A DNA stretch of 64,000 bases, taken from assembly GCA_965656495.1 (NCBI GenBank), contig CBFHKU010000003.1, positions 1-64,000 on the forward strand, read 5' to 3'. This document shows positions 19,248-29,056 of the stretch, in pieces. How positions within the stretch are numbered: position 1 is the stretch's first letter; every line of letters begins with the position of its first letter. Under the pieces are notes generated by a model. It ran no database searches, had not been told where the DNA came from, and was given only the letters and a program-made list of their open reading frames with translations. Made by a program: the position numbers and the translations under genes. Source of the DNA: Coraliomargaritaceae bacterium (GTDB taxonomy: Bacteria; Verrucomicrobiota; Verrucomicrobiia; Opitutales; Coraliomargaritaceae).

Positions 19248-19480
19248 TAGGATTAGGAATAGTAATGGAAAAGTAGAGCGCCTAAGATACAGACTGGTTC
19301 CACTTCACAGCCATCCCATAGGGCATAACTAATGAGATCAAGCAAAAAAAAGATAAGTCCGAAAAAAGCAGATAAAGTTTTCACTAGGATTAGGAATAGT
19401 AATGGAAAAGTAGAGCGCCTAAGATACAGACGGGTTCCACTTCACAGCCATCCCATAGGGCATAACTAATGAGATCAAGC
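19207..19480. repeat. 137-bp tandem direct duplication
   Basis: 19207-19343 and 19344-19480 differ at one base. The unit includes the HMA gene start and the IS end. Confidence 0.95.
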
Positions 19481-19559
19481 CTGAGTGTTAAAGCGGACTG
19501 GATGACTTAATCGTTCGGTTGTCAGAATTGAAAAGTGGGTATTTTGAGCATTTCAGACC

Positions 19560-20226
19560 CTATGCTGTCCCATAGATTTTCCAGTCGAGCCCCGGCAAGA
19601 ATGCGGCTTGGGCTTGCACGCGCATCCTCCACTGAGCGCCTGCTGTCCCATAGAATGCAAGGGTGTCTGCGAGATTGAAGCGATCCCAGACCAGAGCTCG
19701 GATCATTGTAAACAAGCGAGCAAAACTATGTGGCCAATCTGAGCACCATGCATGGAAGCGCAAAAGTAGATACATAAGAAGCGCCGACCAGAGCTGCCAA
19801 CGGATGGCTTGTTTTGAGTGGCCGAGGAAGTCGCAGACCTGCAAGGTCTGCTTGATCTGTTTAAAGAAAACTTCGATTGCCCAACGGCTTTGGTAAAGTC
19901 CGCAGATACTAGAGGCTGCCCAGTCCATATTGTTGGTAATGAAAACCATCTCAGTGAGTTTACCGTCCACTTCAACCCGAGCGAGGAACGGCGAACAACT
20001 TTGCGTTATGGTGGCGTAGGGCGTCACACAAGTCGTTCAATCCGATGCAATGGGTAAGCTGGCAATACAGCAGACTGACCACATGGCTCCACGGCGAAAA
20101 TGTTCGGCTCTTTTTATCGACGCCATACTCGATCGCTAAATTGCGAACCATCCCAACGGGGATGAGCTTGCAAAGCTGATTGAAGACGACAGAATTGTGT
20201 TTGGTTGGTTTTGGTTGGTTTTTCAT
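19560..20226 (-). pseudogene. IS4-family transposase with an internal deletion
   Basis: DUF4372-like N-terminus (RTFSPWSHVVSLLYCQL..LNDLCD) joined out of frame near 19985 to the C-terminus (FITNN..LYQSRWAIEVFFKQIKQ). The central region is missing. Confidence 0.88.
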
Positions 20227-20392
20227 ACTGGCTTCCTAGGTCGGAAGCCGCCCAGAGCCAACCACTTTTTAACTTTTTAGATCATTCACATGGGATGGAT
20301 GTAGATTATCATTTATTTTTTGATTGACTTGTGGGCTGTGAGCGAAATGATCTGAGTTTAGATCAAACTTCCACACTAACTTCTAACGATTG

Positions 20393-21317
20393 ATGAAGTA
20401 TCAGTTCATTTGTTCCCTGACGGTTGGTCTATTGACTGCCTCTTTCACTCACGCGACGATCAGCATCGACACGGTTTTCGTGGGCGATGCGGGCAATGCC
20501 AACGACCCGTTGACTGGAAACGCCTACGGCGGCGTGGATTACGGTTACCACATCGGCACCTATGAGGTGACGAACAGCCAATACACGGCCTTCCTGAACG
20601 CGACAGCAACAACGGACACGCATGGGCTCTACTACGTATGGCGGCATCACCCGCGCCGGCAATAGCGGGAGCTACACTTACAGCGTGAAGAGCGGCTTTG
20701 GCGATAAGCCGGTGAACTACGTGACCTTCTGGGATGCGGCTCGCTTCACGAATTGGCTGACCAGTGGAAACACCGAAGTGGGTGTCTATAATCTGGGCGG
20801 CACGACAAGCCCGGGGAACGCCGCGATCACGCGCGACACGGCGGCCTGGGCCGATGGCGGCGTAGCGGTGGCCAGCGAGAACGAGTGGTATAAGGCGGCG
20901 TATTACGATGGCGATACGGACAGCTACTGGCTGTATGCGCACCAGAGCGACAGCATTACCACAACGGATGCGAACTATAACGGAACTGAAGGCACGATGA
21001 TGACCGACGTGGGTACGTATAGCAACGCCGGCAGCTACTACGGAACCTTCGATCAGGGCGGAAACGTCTGGGAGTGGAATGATACAATTGTGGACACCAC
21101 TGACCGCGTGCTGCGTGGGGGCTCGTTCCCCGACGACGATAACTTCCTGCAGTCCTCGGAACGCAACATCGGCGATCCGACCGGCGAGGTCAACGCCATC
21201 GGCTTCCGCGTCACCAGCCTCGCGCCCATTCCTGAACCTTCCGCTTACGCTGCGATCATTGGATGTCTAGCACTGGCGATTGTAACCGTGCGCCGCAAAG
21301 GGCGCCGCACCCTTTAG
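20393..21317 (+). pseudogene. SUMF1/FGE-domain PEP-CTERM protein, frameshifted near 20630
   Basis: Signal peptide; VGDAGN, IGTYEVTNSQY; second frame KPVNYV..ENEWYKAAYY..DQGGNVWEW..IGFRV, ending IPEPSAYA-TM-RRK. Confidence 0.85.
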
Positions 21318-21340
21318 GCTTTAGCCCTTTTACCCTTTAT

Positions 21341-21376
21341 CGTGGCGCTTTAGCGCCGCGTTCTTTTTCTTTTTTT
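21341..21376 (+). terminator. Putative intrinsic terminator
   Basis: CGTGGCGCT-TT-AGCGCCGCG followed by a long T-rich run. Confidence 0.65.
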
Positions 21377-21473
21377 AACTTTTTAGATCATTCCTATGGG
21401 ATGGCTGTAGTTCCATTTTAAAAAACAAAGCAAGTTCACAATCTCCGTCTTGCCCGTGTTGCATTGGGCGTTC

Positions 21474-22487
21474 TCAGCTTCCGTGCGCTTCAAAAAATTC
21501 GCGAAAGACGTCCAGTCGGCCCGCGGCAAGTCGTTCTTCCTGAATTTCCTCGCGCGAGCGCTGACGCTCTTTGTCTGTCAAAATACGGCGCATTTTTTGT
21601 AGGGCGAGATTCTGTATTTGCCGCACCCGCTCGCGGGTAACTTTGAAATGCTCGCCCACCTCTTCAAGGGTCATGGCGGTTGATTTGTTGAGGCCGAAGC
21701 GCAGGCGTATGATATCGGCTTCGCGGGGTTCCAAATGGCTGAGAATCGTTTCAACGTCCTTAAAAGTGGATTTTTCCTGAAGCTGCTCCAGGGGGTCGTC
21801 CTGCGAATCATCGCCCACCAATTCCCCGAAACTGGTGGTGCTGTCGTCTGCCACCGGGGCATCGAGCGATGCAGGCCGCACGCTGACGGACTTCAGATGG
21901 GCGACCTTGTTGACCGGAATACCCATCACGTGGGCGATTTCTTCATCGCTGGGTTCGCGGTCGAGTTCTTCCGCGAGTTGCGCGGTAATTTTACGCATCG
22001 CAGCAATACGATCTACGAGATGAACCGGCAGGCGGATGGTTTTGCTTTGGTTGGCAAGGGCGCGCTTGATGGACTGCTTAATCCACCATGCAGCATAGGT
22101 GCTTAGTTTGCCGCCCTTGCCGGGATCAAAGCGTTCGACTGCTTTGATGAGGCCGATGTTGCCTTCGCTTATGAGGTCAAGCAACTGCAGCCCAAAGTTG
22201 TTGTATTGGTAGGCGATTTTGACGACCAAGCGCAGGTTGGCGGCAATCATTTTGTCACGGGCTTCGATATCGCCTTTTTTGATGCGCTTGGCTAATGCGA
22301 CTTCTTCCTCCGGTTTGAGCAAGGGGGTCTTGCCGATTGCCTGCATGTAAACCTGGAGGCTGTCGCGCTCACTGAGCGGCATGACCCGGACGTCATCCTC
22401 GGGGGAAGCATCCTGTACCGCAGAGCGCGGCACACCGCCATTTGAAGCGGCGAGCCGGCTGCGGGATGTTCCGTTAATGCGAGTCAT
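21474..22487 (-). CDS. Sigma-70 family factor, RpoD/RpoS-like (regions 1.2-4)
   Basis: ANLRLVVKIA, DLISEGNIGLIKAVERFD, STYAAWWIKQ, TLEEVG..VTRERVRQI. Confidence 0.95.
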   Translation of the reverse strand: MTRINGTSRSRLAASNGGVPRSAVQDASPEDDVRVMPLSERDSLQVYMQAIGKTPLLKPEEEVALAKRIKKGDIEARDKMIAANLRLVVKIAYQYNNFGLQLLDLISEGNIGLIKAVERFDPGKGGKLSTYAAWWIKQSIKRALANQSKTIRLPVHLVDRIAAMRKITAQLAEELDREPSDEEIAHVMGIPVNKVAHLKSVSVRPASLDAPVADDSTTSFGELVGDDSQDDPLEQLQEKSTFKDVETILSHLEPREADIIRLRFGLNKSTAMTLEEVGEHFKVTRERVRQIQNLALQKMRRILTDKERQRSREEIQEERLAAGRLDVFREFFEAHGS

Positions 22488-22610
22488 AGTATAGGAATGG
22501 AGTAAGCGGGTGATGAATCTTACTTATAAGAAACGCACAAACCGTTACTAACTTACAACAGCCCGTAAACTCTGAGGGGTCGCCCTGGTGGCGCGGCGCT
22601 GGGGTAGAGT

Positions 22611-24104
22611 TCAGGAAAAGCTCGCTTCTGCAAGGGCGACGGCTTTGAGCATGCCCTTGGCTTTGTTGACCGTTTCCATGAATTCACTCTCCGGCACGGA
22701 GTCCGCCACCAATCCGGCCCCGGACTGGATAAAGATGCGTTGGTTTTTGATAACGGCGGTGCGGATTCCGATACAGGAATCGTGGTTGCCGCCATAGGCA
22801 AAATAACCGAGCGCGCCGCCGTAGAGGCCGCGTTGGGATTGTTCCAGTTCCGCCATGATTTGCAGCGCCCGCACTTTTGGGGCGCCGCTCAGGGTCCCGG
22901 CGGGGAAGGTCGCCCGCATGAGATCGTAGGCGTTTTTCTCGGGCTGGATGCGTCCGGTGACCTGTGAAACGATGTGCATAACGTGTGAATAACGTTCCAC
23001 AATCATGTAATCCGGCACTTCAACCGTGCCGTATTGACACACCCGTCCGATATCGTTGCGCGCAAGGTCGACCAGCATCAAGTGCTCCGCTTTTTCCTTT
23101 GCGTCATTGAGCAAATCGGCTTCGAGGGCGAGGTCTTCGGCTTCGGACTTTCCTCGATGACGGGTTCCGGCGATGGGGCGGATTTCAACCTGTTCCCCGG
23201 TAAGGCGAACATGCACCTCGGGTGAAGCGCCCACGACTGCGAACTCAGGGTCTTCAATCAGGAACATATAGGGGGAAGGGTTTACGGTGCGCAGGGCGCG
23301 GTACAGGTCGAGGGGCGCGGGTGTAAAATCTTTTTCAAAACGTTGTGAAAGAACGGTTTGTATAACATCTCCTGCGCGGATGTAGTCCTTGACGGTTTCA
23401 ACGGCCGCTTCGAATTGCGGACGGGTAAAATTACCCTCCGGCACCTCGACCGCTCCGGGTTCAGCTAGGGGACGATGCGAAAGCGGCCCCGGTGCCTCGA
23501 GCAGATGGTAGATGCGTTGAATTTCCTCGACGGCAGCGGAGTGGGCTGCCGCAGGCGTGGTTGCTTCAGTGTGTGCCTGCACGCAGATGCGCAATACCTG
23601 TCGGGCGTGGTCAAAAATAAGGACCGAATCGGTCAGCAAGTAGTAGAGCACCGGCATTTCTAAGGGGTTTTCTGCAGGCTTTGGGACGCTGGGTTCTACA
23701 CTGTGAACAAATTCGTGACCGACAAAGCCAACTGCACCGCCTGAGAAGGGGGGCATACCCTCAATTTCCACCGGCTGGTAGCGTGCCATTTCGTTTTCGA
23801 TCAAACTCAGGGGGTCAAGCGGGGTCGGGATTTGCTCGGTGGAGCCATCCTGATGGGTTATGAGCGTTTCATCTTCAAAGATGCGGAAAATTTTACGGGG
23901 ATTGGCACCGACAAAGGAATACCGACTGATGCGCTCACCGCCGACGATGGATTCAAACAGGAACGCGGGGCCGCCTTCTCGAATTTTAGCGTAGGCGCCA
24001 AGCGGGGTTTCACAGTCGGCGGTTAAATCCAGATAAACGGGAATGGTGTTGCCTTGTTGTGCCAACACTTCGAATTCTTCGCGACTGGGATGAATCTCCA
24101 TCAA
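22611..24104 (-). CDS. trpE: Anthranilate synthase component I
   Basis: NPSPYMF, GASPE, PIAGTR, EHLMLVDLARND, FPAGTLSGAPK. Confidence 0.95.
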   Translation of the reverse strand: MMEIHPSREEFEVLAQQGNTIPVYLDLTADCETPLGAYAKIREGGPAFLFESIVGGERISRYSFVGANPRKIFRIFEDETLITHQDGSTEQIPTPLDPLSLIENEMARYQPVEIEGMPPFSGGAVGFVGHEFVHSVEPSVPKPAENPLEMPVLYYLLTDSVLIFDHARQVLRICVQAHTEATTPAAAHSAAVEEIQRIYHLLEAPGPLSHRPLAEPGAVEVPEGNFTRPQFEAAVETVKDYIRAGDVIQTVLSQRFEKDFTPAPLDLYRALRTVNPSPYMFLIEDPEFAVVGASPEVHVRLTGEQVEIRPIAGTRHRGKSEAEDLALEADLLNDAKEKAEHLMLVDLARNDIGRVCQYGTVEVPDYMIVERYSHVMHIVSQVTGRIQPEKNAYDLMRATFPAGTLSGAPKVRALQIMAELEQSQRGLYGGALGYFAYGGNHDSCIGIRTAVIKNQRIFIQSGAGLVADSVPESEFMETVNKAKGMLKAVALAEASFS

Positions 24105-24160
24105 GGCAGAAAATTGAATATCCCGCGCGTAAGGTCGAATCTTTTATTTCAACGCAGAGG

Positions 24161-24863
24161 AGTATGGAAATGAAACACAGAGCCGCAAAGGAGCGGAGCA
24201 CATTTAAAAGGTTAAGGTGGCGGACCGTGGAAGCGGCAATCCTGCCGCTTTTTGGGGATTAGTATGGAAATGAAACGCAGAGCCGCAAAGGAGCGGAGCA
24301 CAGTTAAAAGGTTAAGGTGGCGGACCGTGGAAGCGGTAATCCTGCCACTTTTTGGGATTTAGTATGGAAATGAAACGCAGAGCCGCAAAGGAGCGGAGCA
24401 CATTTAAAAGGTTAAGGTGGCGGACCGTGGAAGCGGTAATCCTGCCGCTTTTTTGGGATTTAGTATGGAAATGAAACGCAGAGCCGCAAAGGAGCGGAGC
24501 ACATTTAAAAGGTTAAGGTGGCGGACCGTGGAAGCGGTAATCCTGCCGCTTTTTTGGGATTTAGTATGGAAATGAAACGCAGAGCCGCAAAGGAGCGGAG
24601 CACATTTAAAAGGTTAAGATGGCGGACCGTGGAAGCGGTAATCCTGCCGCTTTTTGGGATTTAGTATGGAAATGAAACACAGAGCCGCAAAGGAGCGGAG
24701 CACATTTAAAAGGTTAAGGTGGCGGACCGTGGAAGCGGCAATCCTGCCGCTTTTTAGAATTTAGTATGGAAATGAAACGCATAGCCGCAAAGGAGCGGAG
24801 TACATTTAAAAGGTTAAGGTGACGGACCGTGGAAGCGGCAATCCTGCCGCTTTTTTGGGATTT
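24161..24863. repeat. Tandem array of 7 near-identical 100-101 bp units with REP-like hairpins
   Basis: Units start with AGTATGGAAATG at 24161, 24261, 24361, 24462, 24563, 24663 and 24763. Confidence 0.95.
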
Positions 24864-24948
24864 AAAAAGCGACAAGCGTGTCGCTTCCACGGTATGAGGC
24901 ATGATGAGTGGCTCGCGACTTGTCCGCCGTAGCCTTGGCGAAGGCGGA
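24826..24948. repeat. Inverted REP-like pair (BIME-like) plus a further palindrome
   Basis: ACCGTGGAAGCG (24826) is inverted to CGCTTCCACGGT (ending 24893); then TCCGCC-gtagccttggcgaa-GGCGGA at 24923-24948. Confidence 0.7.
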
Positions 24949-25154
24949 AGCGGGAAGTTCTTTTGACGATCAACAACCAACTATCAAGGTACAACCCATG
25001 TATTCGTGGGCATTAGCGAGGATTAGCGGTTTCCGGCTATGCCGGACTGACAGGTATGCTTGGTGCCTGGGTGTGGAAAAATGGATCATTTTATTAAAAA
25101 CCGCTTGCGATATTAAAGTGCGGGGGATTACTCTACGGGGTTAGATTTACCCTA

Positions 25155-27752
25155 ATGTCCACTCGCGCTTGCAGTCGTATTTATAATGAGGTCACCCTTG
25201 AACGATGGTTTGAGTATGTGGTGCTTGATTGGGAGGGTCATTTTACGGAAGCGGAATTGGAGCGCGGGCGTGAGATTTATCGCCTTGGTCAGATAACGGG
25301 TTTGGAGTTGGGGGCGGAGGATGCGGTCATCCATTGTGCCTTTGCGCGGAAGGACACCTGTTACGCGGTGGCGGAATGGGCGAATGAAACCATCACGGTG
25401 CGCGCCTCGACGGAGGACGTTGCGAGGGGACGCTCGGTGGCGGTGGCGGGTTTATACGAGATTGAGGAATTGATCGCCGATGAGATCGCGCCGCTTCCTT
25501 ATGTGCCAAAGAAAAAGCAGGCGGGGGCGGTTCCGGCGGAGGCCGTTGAGAAGCGGGAAGCGCCCGGCAAGGAGACTCTAAAAGCAAAAAAAGAACCCAG
25601 GGCGAGTGTGCCGGAGCGAGCCCTGCGGGTTTGTCTTGAGGGGCAGGGTACCGGTTTGCGGATGAAGGCTTTTTGGGAAACGGGATCGGGAAAACGGATT
25701 TCTGCGATGACAGAAAAAGGTGCGGCAAGGAGCAGTGAAGAGCGTGAACTGTTGGTGCGTTTGACGGTTTTGGCGAAAGAGGCGGGGTTTAGCTACCGGC
25801 GTTCGCAGCGTGATTTCATGATGAACGACGCGGACCGAATCATGGGTTTTTTCAAGCGTGGCTTGGGTCGTTTGAAGCAACGTTTTGGCGAGGTGGAATT
25901 GGATGTCGAAGCGGAACGGATGTCGGAGGGCGTGCACTCGGTGGAGGTCTTGGGTCGGGTTAGCTCGGCGGGGGTTTCAAAGATTGCGCTGGATTGGGAG
26001 ATGCGGCTGGGGGAAGATTTATTGACGGAGGGGGTGATGCAGCGATTGGCGCGGGCGGGGCGGGGCACGCACGTAGTCAAGGGCTTGGGATTGGTGCGTA
26101 TTGAAGCGGAGCAATCGGCGGCACTTGCGGAATGGAAAGTGGGTTCTGGAGTACAGGGGCAACTCTGGCCGCGCTACATGATATTTTCGCTTTTTGGTGA
26201 GCAGGGAGCGCACTTGGAATTAGGCGGTGTGTTGGAAAAATGGCGGAAGCGGATGGACCCGGAGCAAAGCAAAGCGGTGGGGGAAGTCGATCTACCTGAT
26301 TTTCTGCGGGACTATCAGGGGCACGGGGTGCGTTGGCTCGCCAATTTACAGCGGCATGGATGCCACGGCCTCTTGGCAGATGAGATGGGTTTGGGAAAAA
26401 CGCTGCAGGTTTTGACCTTGCTGAAGTATTTCCCGATTGCGGGGAAGCAGAATTTAATCGTGTGCCCGGCGAGCGTGGTGCCGGTCTGGGAAATCGAGGC
26501 TGCGCGTTGGTATCCGGAATTAAAGGTCTCGGTGCTGCGCACCGGGGAGGATTTTAAGGTTCCGGAGGGCGAGGTGGCGGACGAGCATCGCCTCTGGATT
26601 GCGAGTTACACGCAACTGCGCCGACACAAACATTTGCTGGAGAATTCGGAGTTTGGTTATTCGGTTTTGGACGAAGCGCAGCAGATCAAGAACCCGGAGG
26701 CGAAGGTGACGCATGCCTGTTGTGCGATCGAGGCGGAATGCCGTATTGCACTGACCGGTACCCCGCTGGAAAACCGCATGTTGGATTTATGGACCATTTT
26801 CCGCTACCTGATGCCCGGTTTATTGGGGACGCGGAGTAAATTTGAGGCGGCGCTGCAAGAAAAGGATGCAGGGCGCCTTGCTGCTTTTGAGAAACGTTTG
26901 CGCCAACAAATCTCGCCCTTCATTTTACGCCGCTTGAAGGATGCGGTGGGTAAGGATTTGCCGCCTAAAGTGGAGATGGATTTGATTTGCCCGATCACGG
27001 ATTTACAGCGGAGCACTTATCAGGGCTTGTTGGCGGAGGGTTTGGATACACTGGGCGGGGATTTGCAGGTGGCGATGCAAACCCATTCGATGCATTTCTT
27101 TTCGCTGCTGACGCGCTTGCGTCAGGCTTGTTGTGATCCGGGGCTGATTCCCGGAGTGGAGGCAGACCTGATGCAAAGCGGAAAGGTTCAAACGCTGCTG
27201 GTGCATTTGGAGGAGGCGCTGAATGGAAACGGTTCGCGGAAGGTGGTGGTCTTCAGTCAATTTGTGCAACTCCTGCGGCGTTTGAAGCCGGTCTTGAAAA
27301 AGAGTTTCCCGAAGGTGGCTTTGCTGGAGTTGACTGGAAATACAAAGGATCGCGAAAAGCCGGTGCGGGAATTTCAAGAATCAGAGGGGCCGTCGGTCAT
27401 TCTGGTGAGCCTGCGGGCGGGGGGAACGGGTATAACTTTAAACGCTGCCGACTATTGTTTCCTGTTGGATCCTTGGTGGAATCCGGCAGTGGAAAATCAG
27501 GCAGTGGACCGGATTCACCGGATTGGTCAGACGCGTCGGGTTTTTGTTTATCGAATGATCACGCAGGGCACGGTGGAAGCGCGTATCCAGCAATTGAAGA
27601 GTGAAAAACGGATGCTCTTCGAGAATACGCTGGGTGGTTTGAAGGGGGCGAGTGACCTGAAGGAGCACTTCTCCGATTTGGAGGATTTGGCGCGGCTCTT
27701 ACCTGCGAATGGAACGCAAGGGGTCGCGGCTCAGTCCAACGCGGCGAGATAG
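25155..27752 (+). CDS. SNF2/DEAH-family helicase
   Basis: LADEMGLGKT, LDEAQQIKN, LTGTPLEN, VVFSQF, DPWWNPAVENQAVDRIHRIGQ. Confidence 0.95.
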   Translation: MSTRACSRIYNEVTLERWFEYVVLDWEGHFTEAELERGREIYRLGQITGLELGAEDAVIHCAFARKDTCYAVAEWANETITVRASTEDVARGRSVAVAGLYEIEELIADEIAPLPYVPKKKQAGAVPAEAVEKREAPGKETLKAKKEPRASVPERALRVCLEGQGTGLRMKAFWETGSGKRISAMTEKGAARSSEERELLVRLTVLAKEAGFSYRRSQRDFMMNDADRIMGFFKRGLGRLKQRFGEVELDVEAERMSEGVHSVEVLGRVSSAGVSKIALDWEMRLGEDLLTEGVMQRLARAGRGTHVVKGLGLVRIEAEQSAALAEWKVGSGVQGQLWPRYMIFSLFGEQGAHLELGGVLEKWRKRMDPEQSKAVGEVDLPDFLRDYQGHGVRWLANLQRHGCHGLLADEMGLGKTLQVLTLLKYFPIAGKQNLIVCPASVVPVWEIEAARWYPELKVSVLRTGEDFKVPEGEVADEHRLWIASYTQLRRHKHLLENSEFGYSVLDEAQQIKNPEAKVTHACCAIEAECRIALTGTPLENRMLDLWTIFRYLMPGLLGTRSKFEAALQEKDAGRLAAFEKRLRQQISPFILRRLKDAVGKDLPPKVEMDLICPITDLQRSTYQGLLAEGLDTLGGDLQVAMQTHSMHFFSLLTRLRQACCDPGLIPGVEADLMQSGKVQTLLVHLEEALNGNGSRKVVVFSQFVQLLRRLKPVLKKSFPKVALLELTGNTKDREKPVREFQESEGPSVILVSLRAGGTGITLNAADYCFLLDPWWNPAVENQAVDRIHRIGQTRRVFVYRMITQGTVEARIQQLKSEKRMLFENTLGGLKGASDLKEHFSDLEDLARLLPANGTQGVAAQSNAAR

Positions 27753-28168
27753 CGAAGGGCGGCAAGGTAGCCATCGAACCCGAGGCCCGAGACGACCGCA
27801 AGGCAGGCTTCTGCTGTCATGGAGTGTTGGCGGATTTCTTCGCGCCGGTAAATATTACTGATGTGGACCTCAATGGCGGGGATTTCAGCACCGGCGAGGG
27901 CATCGCGGAGGGCGAGGCTGGTATGGGTGAGGGCGCCGGGGTTAATGATGATGCCGTGCACCTCACCGTCGGCGTAAACGGTATTGATTTCATCGATGAT
28001 GAAACCTTCGTGGTTCGACTGGTAAAATTGGACGGCGACGCCGAGGGCTTCGGCTTCTTTGGTGAGTTGGTTTTGAAGATCGGTAAGGGTTTCGCTCCCG
28101 TAGATTTCGGGCTCGCGAACGCCGAGGCGATCGAGGTTGGGGCCGTTGATGATAGCAATGCGTTTCAT
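27731..28168 (-). CDS. aroQ: Type II 3-dehydroquinate dehydratase
   Basis: NGPNLDRLGVREPEIYG, QSNHEG, INPGALTHTS, EVHISN. Confidence 0.96.
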   Translation of the reverse strand: MKRIAIINGPNLDRLGVREPEIYGSETLTDLQNQLTKEAEALGVAVQFYQSNHEGFIIDEINTVYADGEVHGIIINPGALTHTSLALRDALAGAEIPAIEVHISNIYRREEIRQHSMTAEACLAVVSGLGFDGYLAALRYLAALD

Positions 28169-28211
28169 TTGAGCGCTACTTTGACAGGTGGGTAGTGTAA
28201 TTGGCAATCGC

Positions 28212-28970
28212 TTAAAGTGGGCAGGGTTGGTCGAGGAAAACCCAGTCGAGCTTGAAATGCTTGGCGGCCTCCGCGGCGAGGGCCTGCACGCCGAAGACTT
28301 CGGTCGCGTAGTGACCGCAGGGATAGAGGTTGAGTCCTAACTCCTGCGCCATGGAGAAATGATGTTGGCGCAACTCTCCGGTGATGAGGGTGTCGGTTCC
28401 GTTTGCGATGAGGTGCGGAACGGCGCTTTGTCCGCTTCCGGTAAGAATGGCGACGCGTTGCGGGCGCTCGCTTCCATATTCAATGGCTTGGTAGGTTTCC
28501 GGGAAACAGGCCTGAAGTTTTTGGGCGAGCTCGTGGCGTCCGCCCTCCGGGGCGCTGGTGAGGACGGCGATATCCTGACCCTCGTAGGGTAAAAAGGTAT
28601 CGACGGGGTTGAGACCGAGGGTTTTGGCAAGGAGGGCGTTGTTGCCGATTTCCGGGTGGCAATCGAGCGGGAGGTGTGAGCCGTAAACTGCGAGGTTATG
28701 ATCGAGTGCGAGCTTGATTTTTGCGTGGGCGGGACCGGTCAGCGGAACGGGGGGATTCCAGTAGACACCGTGATGGCAAATGAGGAAATCGGCTCCGGCA
28801 TCAATCGCGGCCTGAAAAGAGGCGTGGCTCCCGTCAACGCTCGCGGCAATTTTTTTGACAGAGCCGTCATTTTCAATCTGGAGCCCGTTGTGGGCGCCTT
28901 CGAAATCGCGGATTTCGGTGCGCCGGGTGCGGGCATCACAGAAAGCGATGATTTCTTGGAGGGTGGACAT
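28212..28970 (-). CDS. Nif3-like dinuclear metal-centre protein
   Basis: NGLQIE, ICHHG, SHLPLDCHPEIGNN, GHYATE. Confidence 0.93.
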   Translation of the reverse strand: MSTLQEIIAFCDARTRRTEIRDFEGAHNGLQIENDGSVKKIAASVDGSHASFQAAIDAGADFLICHHGVYWNPPVPLTGPAHAKIKLALDHNLAVYGSHLPLDCHPEIGNNALLAKTLGLNPVDTFLPYEGQDIAVLTSAPEGGRHELAQKLQACFPETYQAIEYGSERPQRVAILTGSGQSAVPHLIANGTDTLITGELRQHHFSMAQELGLNLYPCGHYATEVFGVQALAAEAAKHFKLDWVFLDQPCPL

Positions 28971-29056
28971 AATTCGAAGAGTGAGGATAGCGGGGCCGGT
29001 TGTGAAGTGTTTTTTGGCTTCAAAATTTTGTCGGGAGCGGGCTAACTGCATGAGGG

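Larger units (their letters stand above)
19443..21409 (-). mobile_element. Non-autonomous IS4-family derivative with a passenger gene
   Basis: Inverted ends CACAGCCATCCCATAGG (19443) and CCTATGGGATGGCTGTA (21393-21409); flanks GTTCCACTT / GTTCCATTT; a second degenerate left end at ~20266-20304. Confidence 0.75.

Noticed and set aside
24161..24863. CRISPR array
   Set aside because: Units are near-identical over their whole length, with no unique spacers and no cas genes in the window.
25155..27752. SNF2 helicase as part of a defence system
   Set aside because: It is flanked by housekeeping genes, with no methylase, nuclease or other defence partner.
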